Source: Verrucomicrobiia bacterium
GTDB taxonomy: Bacteria; Verrucomicrobiota; Verrucomicrobiia; JADLBR01; JAIBCM01
DNA length: 64,000 bases
Assembly (NCBI GenBank): GCA_019694135.1
Contig: JAIBCM010000004.1
Location: 65,364-129,363, forward strand
Reading direction: 5' to 3'
Positions 40,487 through 49,476 of the stretch are shown here, one piece after another (the first letter of the stretch is position 1; every line of letters starts with the position of its first letter). The notes beneath the pieces are model-generated. The model was not told where the DNA came from, did not search any database, and saw nothing but the letters and a program-made list of their open reading frames with translations. The position numbers were made by a program, and so were the translations under genes.

Positions 40487-40870
40487 ATGAATAAAAGTAT
40501 GGATAGATTAGAAAAAATTTGGGATTTGCAAGAAGTGCTCAATCATCGGCTTGGCATTCAAACCGGTGCACTTAGTAGAGAAGAAAAACAAAAATGGGTT
40601 TTGAACTACTGTCGAGCGATGGGTCAGGAAATTGCCGAATTAACGGATAGCATTCCGTGGAAATGGTGGGCGAAATATCAAACTTTTGATGAGCAAAATG
40701 CGCGAGTGGAAGTGATCGACCTTTTTCATTTCCTGATTTCTATTGCGCAAGTTTTGGATATGAGTCCGGAAGATCTTTATCAAGCTTATCTCAAGAAAAA
40801 TGAGGTAAATAACAAACGTCAAGATACCGGTTATCATGTAAAAGATGAACATGATTCCAAACACATCTAA
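40487..40870 (+). CDS. All-alpha nucleoside triphosphate pyrophosphohydrolase (MazG-like / dimeric dUTPase-like)
   Basis: About 128 aa. The pattern EIAELTDSIPWKWW...EVIDLFHFLISIAQ is typical of MazG/HisE-like all-alpha NTP-PPases. The start is set at an internal ATG. The family call is tentative. Confidence 0.45.
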   Translation: MNKSMDRLEKIWDLQEVLNHRLGIQTGALSREEKQKWVLNYCRAMGQEIAELTDSIPWKWWAKYQTFDEQNARVEVIDLFHFLISIAQVLDMSPEDLYQAYLKKNEVNNKRQDTGYHVKDEHDSKHI

Positions 40871-40945
40871 AAACAATATTGTTTGTTAAGAGGGGCAGAG
40901 GGCTCGCTTGACTGATCCTTGATTGTTTGGGATTTAGCTTTTTAT

Positions 40946-43519
40946 TTATATGGTCTTGGACTGTCGATGAGGTAAGAACCGATAAATCGAGCCGACAAGT
41001 AAACTCAATGTTGTCGCAACGAGACAACCTGTTACGGGAAATCGGATTTCAAAAAGATAAGCCAAAAAGGCGCTAATAATATACCAGTCTATGATAAAAA
41101 AGAACCAGGCAAAGAGTGGCCAAGGCCAAGCGTTTCTTATGCTGAACCATAGCAGGAAAAAAATAACGCTTAACCATAAGATCCAAATCAAGAAATTTGG
41201 AGTGAATGTGACTGCTTTTTTATTGTAAATCGCATGCCAGGCAAGAAGTTGAACTTCGGCGGGCGATAGCAATCCGACTGCGGTTGTGATGGGTTGATAA
41301 ATATTGGTTGCGCTTCGGCTTACCATCACGAATTTTTCTTTTAGTTGATCCATATTCCAAGAGGACGGTTGAAACCGATTCGTTGTGGGCAGGCTGGCAG
41401 CCAGCACTAAAGAGTCTAAACCTATTCTTTTGATTCGTAACGCATCGGCAGGGTGGGTTTTAATCCACATGCGACATTGATCGTCGACAGGAATTTTAAA
41501 TAATTTTTTCCCTCTTCTTTCGATAATAATTTTATTTTTTTTCCATTGCACATCGGCTGGAGTCAATCTTTCGTTTTGTAAAACGCATTGCAAAATAAAA
41601 GAAGGATAAAGGTTAGTGCCCCATCGAAAAGCGAGTGGCACATTTCTTAAGACATTGGAAGGTTCTATGGGTAAGTTATTAAATCCTAAAGCAGCCTGAG
41701 TAGAAAAAGTTTCTAAAGGGAAAAAACCGCCATTGTAAGAAGGCATGAGCTTGAATTGTTGTGTTTTTAATTTTAAATTTTCTATGGGCTGGTTATCAAT
41801 CGCAGGTTCTTGTGTTTGAAGCGCACTGGCTGCCAAGACAACGCCTGGAGTGCGTTGAATTTGGTTGATAAAAGCATTATCGAAAGCAGTATAGTTCGGA
41901 TCGCGTTCTGAAAGGATCATTTCGAAACCTACACCTCGCACGTCTCGACCTCGCAAGGTTTGTAAGAGGGTGGCATAAGGCAAACGCGAAAATGGCCATT
42001 GACCTTCCCCATAAGTGTTGAGGGTGCTGGCATCGATTTCTACTGCGACGATATTAGTTAAAAAAATAGGGCGAGAGCTGCCGAGTGATTGTAGCTTATC
42101 CCATTGTTTGTTTTCCCAAGTTTGCCATAAGCCAGAACGATCTAAAAACAAAACCAGTAAGAAAATAATAAGTCCGAAAATATACCAACTTGAAAACAAA
42201 AACGAAAAACGTTGATTTTGCGTTTGTTGTTTTAACCAGACCAACGCTTCACTTCTATTTTTCAATTTGCCCTCCAATTGTAAGTCATATGCTTTTTGTA
42301 GTAATTTTCCTACTTCTGGCCCTGGTGCGATATTCTGTGCTAATACATCTTTGCCATTAAGAAAACCTCGAGGTTTGATTTCTTCTTGAGAAAAATTTTC
42401 CCAATGTTGTTTTAAAAACTCATAAATTTTTAGATCGCCGTGCGAACTGAGACAGTCTACCCGATGCAGTTCTAACTCTTCAAAAAACGTTTCTCGAGAT
42501 AAGAACCGTTTTAATGTGCTGAGACGCATTTGAGGCGCATCTTTGAAACTCATATGATTAGCCACCATGGCAACAATGCGTTCGGATTGTGCGTTAGAAA
42601 ATCGTAGGCGAGTTAAAATCTTTTTTGACATCGCGGCGCTTACGCTTTCATGGCCGTTGAACCGGATGCGACCGGTGGCATCGACAGTATAAGTTGCGGG
42701 TTTTCCGATGTCATGCAGTAACACAGCCCAAACCAAAGATTCGTCGCGCTGCTGGAGATGGCTCAACATGAGTCTGACATGCACGAAAACATCGCCTTCA
42801 GGATGGAATTGAGGAGGTTGCTCGACGCCTTTTAATGCTTCGACTTCGGGTAAGATAACTTTTAGCAATCCACTGTGGTCTAATAAATCAAAACCTTTCA
42901 CCAGATTGGGGCCAGTTGCCCATTTCTTGAATTCTTCGCGAATTCTTTCTGGACTAACCTGGTTAATGGTGGAGGCTTCGGCTTGCAAAGCTTGCCAGGT
43001 GTTGGGTTCTATCTGAAAATTTAAAGCGCCCGCAATTCGAACTGCGCGCAGCAAACGTAATTTATCTTCCGCGAAACGTTCTTTGGGGTCACCTACAGCG
43101 CAAATCATTTTATTTTCGAGATCTTTTTGACCTCCGACAAAATCCAAAACACGGTTGGTGACAGGATCAAAAAAGAGAGCATTGATGGTGAAATCGCGTC
43201 GATGTGCGTCTTGTTCCACACTAGAAAAAGTGACCGATTCGGGGCGTCGTCCATCGATGTAGAGATTATCTTTACGAAAGGTTGCGACTTCGATGTGACA
43301 CCCTTTTTCTTTAACAATGACGACGCCAAAACTTTTTCCTACTAAATCACTTTTCCCAGGAAAGAGGGCTTCGACTTCTTCGGGTCGCGCGCTGGTAGCA
43401 ATATCGTAATCAGTAGGGGTAATGCCCAAGAGTTGGTCGCGCACGCAGCCACCGGCAAAGTAAGCCTCAAACCCTTTGCTTTGTAAAAGGCGTAGAATTT
43501 TTTCGGCGATGTCTCTCAT
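40946..43519 (-). CDS. cca: CCA tRNA nucleotidyltransferase / poly(A) polymerase head with an HD domain, fused to a C-terminal membrane-embedded periplasmic sensor-like module (CHASE2-like topology)
   Basis: FAGGCVRDQLLGITPTDYDIAT and RRDFTINAL (class II NTase head), LLHDIGKP (HD). After about residue 440 there is one TM helix, a roughly 300-aa hydrophilic region, and three closely spaced TM helices at the C-terminus. Confidence 0.8.
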   Translation of the reverse strand: MRDIAEKILRLLQSKGFEAYFAGGCVRDQLLGITPTDYDIATSARPEEVEALFPGKSDLVGKSFGVVIVKEKGCHIEVATFRKDNLYIDGRRPESVTFSSVEQDAHRRDFTINALFFDPVTNRVLDFVGGQKDLENKMICAVGDPKERFAEDKLRLLRAVRIAGALNFQIEPNTWQALQAEASTINQVSPERIREEFKKWATGPNLVKGFDLLDHSGLLKVILPEVEALKGVEQPPQFHPEGDVFVHVRLMLSHLQQRDESLVWAVLLHDIGKPATYTVDATGRIRFNGHESVSAAMSKKILTRLRFSNAQSERIVAMVANHMSFKDAPQMRLSTLKRFLSRETFFEELELHRVDCLSSHGDLKIYEFLKQHWENFSQEEIKPRGFLNGKDVLAQNIAPGPEVGKLLQKAYDLQLEGKLKNRSEALVWLKQQTQNQRFSFLFSSWYIFGLIIFLLVLFLDRSGLWQTWENKQWDKLQSLGSSRPIFLTNIVAVEIDASTLNTYGEGQWPFSRLPYATLLQTLRGRDVRGVGFEMILSERDPNYTAFDNAFINQIQRTPGVVLAASALQTQEPAIDNQPIENLKLKTQQFKLMPSYNGGFFPLETFSTQAALGFNNLPIEPSNVLRNVPLAFRWGTNLYPSFILQCVLQNERLTPADVQWKKNKIIIERRGKKLFKIPVDDQCRMWIKTHPADALRIKRIGLDSLVLAASLPTTNRFQPSSWNMDQLKEKFVMVSRSATNIYQPITTAVGLLSPAEVQLLAWHAIYNKKAVTFTPNFLIWILWLSVIFFLLWFSIRNAWPWPLFAWFFFIIDWYIISAFLAYLFEIRFPVTGCLVATTLSLLVGSIYRFLPHRQSKTI

Positions 43520-44511
43520 TGGTGAGCCGTTACTTTATTCGTTCTAAGCTCTTTTGGACAACGATAAAAAATATAAAGTAAGCCACCAATGAGTGCGAGA
43601 ATAACTGCCAGAATCCAATAGGTTAAAGAGAAGATAAAAGCTTTTTCTTCACCGATATGAGCTCCGCGAAAGAGTAGTAAAAAAGCTGTTTCGCGCAGAC
43701 CCAAGCCTGAGATGGTGATGGGTAAGGTAATGACGGCGTTCACTATCGGCATCATTCCCGTCATTAATAAAAAGGGAATAGGTAAAGAAAATGCGCGCGC
43801 TAAAAAGTAGCCACAAAAAATCAAACTCAAATGCACGCCGATCGATAAGATAAAGCAGACGCTGATTAAAGTTTTGCCTTTCTGTAAGCAAATTTCCAGA
43901 GCTTGATCCATTTGTTCGAGAAGATTTTTTCCCCAAGACCAACGTTTGATAAGATGAAATAAGCCCCAATTTTTTTTTCTGAAAAGTAGAGCGCTAAGTA
44001 ATCCTATCATGCCGGCTCCTAACATGGTTGATAAGAACAAAACAAAAATTTTGCTTTCCGGCTCTTGAGAAAGCCATCGCCAACTCAAAGGTAGGGCGCA
44101 GAATGCTAAAGCGCACAATCCTAAAAACCCTAAAATGCGATCCAGAAAAATGCTAAAGAGCGCGGGAGTTTTTTTTATTTTTTTTATTTGAAAAAGGTAA
44201 AAGGCGCGCGCGGCATCGCCACCAATCACTCCTATTGAAAAAATAGAAAAAAATAGACCAATAAAGCCTATTGCCAAGGTGTGAACAAAACCTAAGTGAA
44301 TATCTTGTGTTTTTAATAGAAAATGCCAACGAGCAATGCCGATGATAATTGATATTGCGGCTGTGAGCAGAGATAACCAAAACCAGTTCCATTGAAGATT
44401 TTCCCATTCTGTGCGCCAACGTTCCAGGGTGAGTGGAAAGCGATAAAAGAGAAGCGCTAATAATCCTAGCGAAAAAACGATTTTTAGAGCAATCATGATG
44501 CCGCGTTTCAT
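43516..44511 (-). CDS. Flippase-like polytopic membrane protein (UPF0104 / MprF-transmembrane-region-like)
   Basis: 331 aa with about eight TM helices. Overlaps cca by 4 nt and the upstream TIM-barrel gene by 4 nt. Confidence 0.55.
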   Translation of the reverse strand: MKRGIMIALKIVFSLGLLALLFYRFPLTLERWRTEWENLQWNWFWLSLLTAAISIIIGIARWHFLLKTQDIHLGFVHTLAIGFIGLFFSIFSIGVIGGDAARAFYLFQIKKIKKTPALFSIFLDRILGFLGLCALAFCALPLSWRWLSQEPESKIFVLFLSTMLGAGMIGLLSALLFRKKNWGLFHLIKRWSWGKNLLEQMDQALEICLQKGKTLISVCFILSIGVHLSLIFCGYFLARAFSLPIPFLLMTGMMPIVNAVITLPITISGLGLRETAFLLLFRGAHIGEEKAFIFSLTYWILAVILALIGGLLYIFYRCPKELRTNKVTAHQ

Positions 44512-45413
44512 AGTGTCTCAAATTTTTTTAATTCTTTAACACTTTGGTGAATGTCTTCTTGTGATACTTTAGGATGAAATTCTAAAACCCAAGGAATATT
44601 AGTGGGGAGTTGCGGTAGAAAAAGTTGCCACGCTACATTTCCTTTTCCTATAGCTTGATGATCGTGCGAAGGAAAAAAGGCGTCGTGAATATGACAGCCA
44701 CCGAGATGGGATTGTTGTTGGGAAAACCGCTCCCAATGGTTGATCCAACCTTTTTCTTGTTTGAGTTGAGCATGGCCAAAATCGTGCCAATAAACGACTG
44801 TGTCGGAAGGGTAGCGGCGCCATATGTTTTCTAGTTCTTCTTCAAATGGTAGCTCTCCAAAATAAAGTCGATTTTCAATGCCGAGTTTGATTTTTTTACT
44901 TTGCGCGTAAGAAACAATGGGCTGTAAACATTCATGCACTCGATTCCAAAGGGGAGCCACTTGCTTTTGCCGTAGTGTAACTAGTTTCAATTTACAATCT
45001 ACAGCGCTACTTTTTTTGCTTTGGGTCAAAGCCTCTAATAAAAAGCGCTCTTCTTTTTCAGAAAATAATGAACCAAGATGAAGCACGACATGTGAAGCGT
45101 CTACTTGTTCTGCAAAATCAATCGTCTCTTTGGTTTTTTGCACGGCTCGTTTTCGATCGGCTTGATGGGAGGATGTGTAAGGCAAAAAATCGGGCGCATC
45201 TTTTTGCATGCCGGCCGGTAGGGGACAGTAATTATGAACGCTACTGATTCGCAAAGCGCTTTTGTTCAGATGTTTTAAAATGCCTGGCATGAGTTCGGCG
45301 CGAATGCCGTGTCCAAGTTCTACCAATTGGAATCCTAGGGTTTCGATTTCTCGGAGCATGGAGCCGCCTTTATTATGTCGATGAGCATTCCAACTGGTTG
45401 AAAAAGCGATCAC
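44508..45413 (-). CDS. Sugar phosphate isomerase/epimerase (xylose-isomerase-like TIM barrel)
   Basis: 301 aa. Pattern GFQLVELGH...VVLHLG...WHDFGH...EFH typical of the AP-endonuclease-2 / xylose-isomerase-like TIM family. Confidence 0.6.
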   Translation of the reverse strand: MIAFSTSWNAHRHNKGGSMLREIETLGFQLVELGHGIRAELMPGILKHLNKSALRISSVHNYCPLPAGMQKDAPDFLPYTSSHQADRKRAVQKTKETIDFAEQVDASHVVLHLGSLFSEKEERFLLEALTQSKKSSAVDCKLKLVTLRQKQVAPLWNRVHECLQPIVSYAQSKKIKLGIENRLYFGELPFEEELENIWRRYPSDTVVYWHDFGHAQLKQEKGWINHWERFSQQQSHLGGCHIHDAFFPSHDHQAIGKGNVAWQLFLPQLPTNIPWVLEFHPKVSQEDIHQSVKELKKFETL

Positions 45414-45427
45414 ATTACATTGATAGT

Positions 45428-45466
45428 TAATAAAAAACCCGGTCGATTGTGGAATGACCGGGTTTT
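45428..45466 (-). terminator. Rho-independent terminator downstream of rpsU
   Basis: Perfect inverted repeat AAAACCCGGTC-(11 nt loop)-GACCGGGTTTT. On the minus strand the stem is followed by TTTTTTATT. Confidence 0.7.
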
Positions 45467-45483
45467 AAAATTTTACCACTGAA

Positions 45484-45672
45484 TTATAAAGAGAAATTTC
45501 CCCAATAATTAATGCGCGGCGTTTTTAATTTGCGACGCTTTCTTTCACTGGGTTTCTCATAATTCTTGCGCAAACGTGCTTCACGAAGCGTTCCTTCGCG
45601 ATCGAGTTTTCTTTTCAATCGGCGCAACGCTTTTTCTACAGATTCACCTTTTTTTAAACGAACTTCACTCAC
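45484..45672 (-). CDS. rpsU: 30S ribosomal protein S21
   Basis: 62 aa, VEKALRRLKRKLDREG...RKRRK. Matches the bS21 pattern. Confidence 0.85.
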   Translation of the reverse strand: MSEVRLKKGESVEKALRRLKRKLDREGTLREARLRKNYEKPSERKRRKLKTPRINYWGNFSL

Positions 45673-45822
45673 TCGTGTTCACCTCGACTCTCTCTATTCT
45701 CATTTATCATTTAGACGAATTAATATCCCCTAATCATCGGCTATAAAGGGTGGTTCTGTCAAACAAAGCCTTAAAAATTTATATCTAATTAATTATGAAT
45801 ATCTTATGATTAATTTAATTCA

Positions 45823-46539
45823 TTAATTAAACGATTTTTTCAGTTTTTTTAGCTCTTCTAAGTTCAATTTTCGCCATTTTCCGGCCGGTAAATGGTCTAA
45901 AAGGATGGGGCCTACTTGTGTCCGAACTAATTTTTTTACTTCGTATCCTAACTGAAAAAATTGCTGGCGAATCTGACGTTTAATCCCCTGGCTTAAAATC
46001 ACTTTTACAGTTTTTCCGCTTAAAGCATGAATCGCATCGAACTTGGCGCGTTTTCCTTCCACCCAACTTCCTTTTAATAGACGAGTGCTCTTTTGAAAAT
46101 CAAAAGCTTTATCCAAAGTGGCCCGATAAATTTTACTGACATGATAGCGTGGATGCGAAAATTGCTGCGCTAAATAACCATCATTAGTTAACAACAATAG
46201 CCCTTCACTTTCCGCATCCAATCGCCCAACGTAAAATAACGATTTAAACTCAACCGGCAATAAATCGTAAATGGAACGGAAAGAGCCTTCCGATTTTTTG
46301 GAGCAGACGAATCCACGCGGTTTATTAAAAGCAATGACTATCTTTTCTTGCTTGAGGCGAACTTCTTTCCCATCACAAATGACTTGATCTTGGGACTTAA
46401 CTCGTGTCGCTAAAGAAGTGATTTTCTTGCCATTAACCCAAACTAGACCATCGCGAATCAATCGTTCGCAAGAACGGCGCGATCCTAATCCTGCTGAGGC
46501 TAGAAATTGATTGAGCCGCAGATGCGAGCCTTGCGGCAT
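45823..46539 (-). CDS. rluB: Pseudouridine synthase, RsuA/RluB family (S4 domain plus catalytic domain)
   Basis: N-terminal S4-like domain (LRLNQFLASAGLGSRR) and catalytic VGRLDAESEGLLLLTNDG. Confidence 0.85.
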   Translation of the reverse strand: MPQGSHLRLNQFLASAGLGSRRSCERLIRDGLVWVNGKKITSLATRVKSQDQVICDGKEVRLKQEKIVIAFNKPRGFVCSKKSEGSFRSIYDLLPVEFKSLFYVGRLDAESEGLLLLTNDGYLAQQFSHPRYHVSKIYRATLDKAFDFQKSTRLLKGSWVEGKRAKFDAIHALSGKTVKVILSQGIKRQIRQQFFQLGYEVKKLVRTQVGPILLDHLPAGKWRKLNLEELKKLKKSFN

Positions 46540-46549
46540 AAATTTTTAT

Positions 46550-46702
46550 TTATTCAGGTTTAGTTTTGCGCAACCCGGTCACGCGATCGCCAGGTTTCCA
46601 TTGACCGCGCTTTTTTAATAATTCAACCCGCTCGAATCGCTTGAGCACACTTTTTTTGGCAGCCATGGCGCCTTGACTCTTTAAACTACGATGTTGTGAC
46701 AT
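46550..46702 (-). CDS. Small, highly basic protein of unknown function (about 50 aa)
   Basis: [50 protein letters not shown]. Sits between the tRNA-Leu and rluB. I set the start at the internal ATG because the track ORF starts with TTG and extends up to the tRNA. Confidence 0.3.
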   Translation of the reverse strand: MSQHRSLKSQGAMAAKKSVLKRFERVELLKKRGQWKPGDRVTGLRKTKPE

Positions 46703-46806
46703 AACTTTTACTCTTTCAAAATTTTTAAGGATCATGAAAAAAAATCCCCATTTCGACAAGCAAATTTCCCGAAGTAAAGGGTTGATTAAAAAATTAACTA
46801 GCAAAA

Positions 46807-46889
46807 TGCCCGAGGCGGGACTCGAACCCGCACGCCCTTGCGAGCACAGGATTTTAAGTCCTGTGTGTCTGCCATTCCACCACTCGGGC
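46807..46889 (-). tRNA. tRNA-Leu (anticodon UAA), type II tRNA with a long variable arm; CCA not encoded
   Basis: The reverse complement folds as acceptor GCCCGAG/CTCGGGC, anticodon stem CAGGA/TCCTG with loop CTTAAAA, long variable arm, T-arm GCGGG-TTCGAGT-CCCGC, and discriminator A. Confidence 0.85.
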
Positions 46890-47060
46890 TAGCTAAAATA
46901 GATAGCTCACGATTAGTTTTTCTAACGGTGAGATCTCTAAACGCTATATAAAGAATGAAAATGAAATGCAATGGGAATTTAGAGGGAAATTTTTTATCTC
47001 TATCTATTGCCTTTTATTCTAAGCAATGTTATGGTGGTCAAATTAAGGAGGTTTAAAAGA

Positions 47061-48209
47061 ATGAAAAAGAAATTTCTGTTTTTTATTTTATTGTTGAATG
47101 GTATTTCTTTACGTTTGAGTCAGGCGCAAGTCGTGATTACGGACGTTGCACAAGTTTACAATGAAAATTTTACCGTCTTAACACCAGCCAATACGCCGTG
47201 GGTAGATAATTTTTCATTACCAGGATGGTATTTAGTTCAAGAGACCAATAATATTAATGCTCTTTTGGTTAATGACGGATCGACAAGTATTCCTAATATT
47301 TATAATTTCGGCATCAATGCTGATGCCAATCGTTCATTGGGAGCTCTATCGGTGCCTAATCAAAGCGCTTTTTGGGGTTTGCATTTTAGTAATGCTACCG
47401 ATTTAGTCATTAATAAAATTAATTTAAGTTACGTGGGCAAGCAATGGCGAAGAGGGGAAATGGCTGGTATTCAGAAGCTGCAATTCTTTTTTCGAAAAGG
47501 AGGAACAAACTTCTTGGCAGATACTAATAATCTCGATTGGACAGCACAACCCATTTTTGATTTTATTAGTCCACAAACTAATTTCTTTTCGGCTATTTTA
47601 AATGGTAATAGTCCTACTAACCAAACCTTTATTTCTAATTCAATAACCAGCATCATTATTGCTCCAGGTGAAGAATTTTGGTTTCGTTGGTTTTTCCCAA
47701 GTGTGGTTCAATTTGGCCACGGGTTAGCGATTGATGATATATCAGTATCCTTTAGTGGTATTTCTAATATAATTAATCCGGGTCCAACTAATAATAATGG
47801 CAGTAATAGTGTCTTATCATTATTGGATGTTCAACTTAACCTTAAGAAACCGAAGATTGATAAATTATTGCGTTTTAATGGCCTGAATGGTTTTCCCATA
47901 AAAGGTCAAATCTTTGCCAATACGAGTGTTGTGACCAAAGCTTCTTATGCTGCTTTTGCTACTTCGACTAATATTCCCACCAATCTTGTTTTCTTGGAGG
48001 CAGGTATATTTAAAACTAAAATCAAGAAGAAGTTAGCCAAAAAAGGGGTTGTGGCTCTTTTCAAGCATAAAGGTAAAGCCAATAAGCCGGGCCAAGGTAT
48101 TCCTTCAGAAACTCCTTCTATAACGCTTATCGTGAAGGTGGATGGAACCCAGGGAACTAATGCGGGTAGCGCTTTATTTACGAATGTTTTCAGTTCAAAG
48201 GTAAAATAA
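47061..48209 (+). CDS. Secreted protein, paralogue A of a tandem pair: N-terminal beta-rich domain and a lysine-rich C-terminal tail
   Basis: Signal peptide MKKKFLFFILLLNGISLRLSQA. AAGGAGG RBS at 47045. Shares the LPGWY, GLAIDD(I/F) and KGKLAKKGV...KHKGKANKPGQG...TQGTN motifs with the next gene. Confidence 0.7.
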   Translation: MKKKFLFFILLLNGISLRLSQAQVVITDVAQVYNENFTVLTPANTPWVDNFSLPGWYLVQETNNINALLVNDGSTSIPNIYNFGINADANRSLGALSVPNQSAFWGLHFSNATDLVINKINLSYVGKQWRRGEMAGIQKLQFFFRKGGTNFLADTNNLDWTAQPIFDFISPQTNFFSAILNGNSPTNQTFISNSITSIIIAPGEEFWFRWFFPSVVQFGHGLAIDDISVSFSGISNIINPGPTNNNGSNSVLSLLDVQLNLKKPKIDKLLRFNGLNGFPIKGQIFANTSVVTKASYAAFATSTNIPTNLVFLEAGIFKTKIKKKLAKKGVVALFKHKGKANKPGQGIPSETPSITLIVKVDGTQGTNAGSALFTNVFSSKVK

Positions 48210-48262
48210 GGTTTTTTTTATTTTTACATTGAAAAAAAAATCTCGAATCCTAACTTAGTTCG

Positions 48263-49426
48263 ATGAAATATTCTAAATTAGCTTTGTATGGTTTATTAGG
48301 TTTTGTTTTTCAATTGTCTTTACGAGGGCAAATTGATATTCCCAATGTGCCTTTTACTTATAGCCAAAACTTTGATGTTTTTGGGGTAAACAATTCTCCC
48401 TGGGCGAATAACATGAACCCGTTACCAGGTTGGTATTATGTTTTTTCCACGGATGGTATGGGTTCTTCGGATATCTTCGGCTTAGTAGCCGATGATGGAA
48501 GCAATCCTTTAGTGGTTCCCAAAAATTATGGTTCCAATGGGGCACTTGATCGAGCTTTGGGGGGAGTCAATGGACTGCTTGGTCCTCAACATTTGGATTG
48601 GTTTTATGGGGCACGCTTTCATAATTCCACCGCTTTTAGTATTAGTAATATTACTATTTCTTATAAAGGGGAACAGTGGACTCAAAACAATCCGATGCCA
48701 CAGACTTTAAGATTTTTCTACCGAATTGGTGGTAATGATTTTCTAGCCAATAATACAGGTTGGACTGCTTTGTCTTTGTTTGATTTTGTTAGCCCTAAAA
48801 CGGGTGCGACTCTTGCTTTGAATGGGAATGCTCTTTCCAATCAAAAATCATTTTCTGTGAATAGCGCGGTATTCCCTAATCCTATTGTTATACCGCCCAA
48901 TGGAGAATTTTGGATTCGTTGGGTTCAATCTGATAATCTAAACAATGGTCAAGGTTTGGCCATTGATGATTTTGCAATAGATTTTTCTACTAATGCATTC
49001 AATGTTAATCCCAATCCTACCAATAACGCTCCTGTTTCATTTGCTGATATTCAGCTTTCTCTAAAAAAACCTAAACTTACCAAGACGCTTCGCTTTAAGG
49101 GAACTGGCGGTTTTGCTTTTAAAACTCATGTGCTTGCCACAGTGAGCACCCCCACACAAGTGTCGTATGTCGCTTTTGCCACAGGAACAACCAATGTTCC
49201 TACTAATCTTGTTGTAGCAGGACTGTTTAAACCCATTACCAAAGGCAAACTCGCCAAAAAAGGTGTGAAGGCACTTGCTAAACATAAAGGTAAAGCCAAT
49301 AAACCGGGACAAGGCGTTGCCCCAGACACCGCTTCGGTTACCTTAATTATTAAAGTTGATGCAACACAAGGCACAAATATTGGTAGCGTTTTCTTTACTA
49401 ATACTTTCACTTCTCAAGTAAAATAA
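48263..49426 (+). CDS. Secreted protein, paralogue B of the tandem pair
   Basis: Signal peptide. Collinear with paralogue A over its whole length; the C-terminal 120 aa is the most conserved part. Confidence 0.7.
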   Translation: MKYSKLALYGLLGFVFQLSLRGQIDIPNVPFTYSQNFDVFGVNNSPWANNMNPLPGWYYVFSTDGMGSSDIFGLVADDGSNPLVVPKNYGSNGALDRALGGVNGLLGPQHLDWFYGARFHNSTAFSISNITISYKGEQWTQNNPMPQTLRFFYRIGGNDFLANNTGWTALSLFDFVSPKTGATLALNGNALSNQKSFSVNSAVFPNPIVIPPNGEFWIRWVQSDNLNNGQGLAIDDFAIDFSTNAFNVNPNPTNNAPVSFADIQLSLKKPKLTKTLRFKGTGGFAFKTHVLATVSTPTQVSYVAFATGTTNVPTNLVVAGLFKPITKGKLAKKGVKALAKHKGKANKPGQGVAPDTASVTLIIKVDATQGTNIGSVFFTNTFTSQVK

Positions 49427-49476
49427 ATTAATTGTTTTTGCGCGACAGCGAGCCATATCTTTCTATACTGAGAGAT

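Noticed and set aside
45786-45830. AT-rich imperfect palindrome TTAATTAATTATGAAT ... ATTCATTAATTAA between rluB and rpsU
   Set aside because: It overlaps the rluB stop codon and lies in a generally AT-rich spacer. It is too degenerate to call an operator without comparative data.
48210-48262. T9 ... A9 run (GGTTTTTTTTATTTTTACATTGAAAAAAAAA) between the two paralogous secreted genes
   Set aside because: There is no GC-rich stem, so it is not a convincing intrinsic terminator. More likely it is low-complexity spacer DNA or a slippage-prone homopolymer.
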